The notes under the pieces are model-generated. The model searched no databases, was not told where the DNA came from, and saw only the letters and a list, made by a program, of their open reading frames with translations. Source: Candidatus Thorarchaeota archaeon SMTZ1-45 (GTDB lineage Archaea; Asgardarchaeota; Thorarchaeia; Thorarchaeales; Thorarchaeaceae). Taken from it: a stretch of DNA of 25,904 nt. Location: assembly GCA_001563335.1 (NCBI GenBank), contig LRSL01000073.1, positions 1 to 25,904 on the forward strand. Direction: 5' to 3'. Each line of letters starts with the position of its first letter. Positions within the stretch are counted from its first letter, which is position 1. Positions 25,574-25,904 of the stretch are shown here, piece by piece. Position numbers and translations under genes: made by a program.

Positions 25574-25904
25574 ATGGATATTGAAGGAATAGTGATATTC
25601 GACGCAGCGGCTGGAGTTCCACTCTTTTCAAGAATGAAGACAAAAACCGATCCTTCATTATTTTCTAGTTTTATCGCGGCGATTGCTCATTTCACAAGGG
25701 AATTGAAATTTGGAGGTTTGTCATCATTCACTACAGAAGAGAAGGTCATCTATCTAGCTCCAAGAGACAAGATCATCACTGCATTGATTGCTCCAAAGAA
25801 GAAGGAATATGAGCAAGCCTATTCATTGGCAGATGAACTTGGAAGACGTTTTGAGGAAAGTGGTTTGACTTCTGAGGTTTCATCTACATTATACAATGAG
25901 TTTG
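25574..25904 (+). CDS. Longin-domain protein (partial, runs off the window end)
   Basis: Manual translation MDIEGIVIFDAAAGVPLFSRMKTKTDPSLFSSFIAAIAHFTRELKFGGLSSFTTEEKVIYLAPRDKIITALIAPKKKEYEQAYSLADELGRRFEE... shows the longin bb-a-bbb-a pattern with G-x-P-L-F and D-x-x-L-h-S-x-F-h-x-A-I-x-x-F-x-x-E. AGGAG RBS upstream. Confidence 0.85.
   Translation, partial: MDIEGIVIFDAAAGVPLFSRMKTKTDPSLFSSFIAAIAHFTRELKFGGLSSFTTEEKVIYLAPRDKIITALIAPKKKEYEQAYSLADELGRRFEESGLTSEVSSTLYNEF

Noticed and set aside
1-25904. One coherent system uniting the propeller, gelsolin, Vps62-like and longin genes
   Set aside because: These genes are scattered among unrelated metabolic genes on different strands, so nothing in the sequence supports a shared operon.

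Overview
A gene-dense archaeal chromosomal segment, most likely from an Asgard archaeon (Thorarchaeia-like). This assignment is inferred from a gelsolin-domain gene, a longin-domain gene, an Alba-like gene and membrane-anchored beta-helix/Ig surface proteins. The core content is ordinary metabolism: a nitrate/sulfonate-type ABC transporter, a four-subunit pyruvate/2-ketoacid:ferredoxin oxidoreductase operon, a Zn-dependent dehydrogenase, GDPD, a GNAT, a GH38 mannosidase and nadB. Three genes are missing from the ORF track: (1) a partial gene at the left edge encoding a 7-bladed FG-GAP-type beta-propeller plus an Ig-like domain with no signal peptide, resembling BBSome/KICSTOR subunits; (2) a partial longin-domain gene at the right edge; (3) a 45-aa four-cysteine microprotein. 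Other notable items are a gelsolin-polyproline-unknown domain fusion, a cation-diffusion-facilitator flanked by two winged-helix-like domains, a highly structured ~250-nt intergenic region upstream of por, and recurring strong 3' hairpins. I saw no mobile element, CRISPR array, tRNA or rRNA. All family calls come from motif recognition by eye, not database searches.
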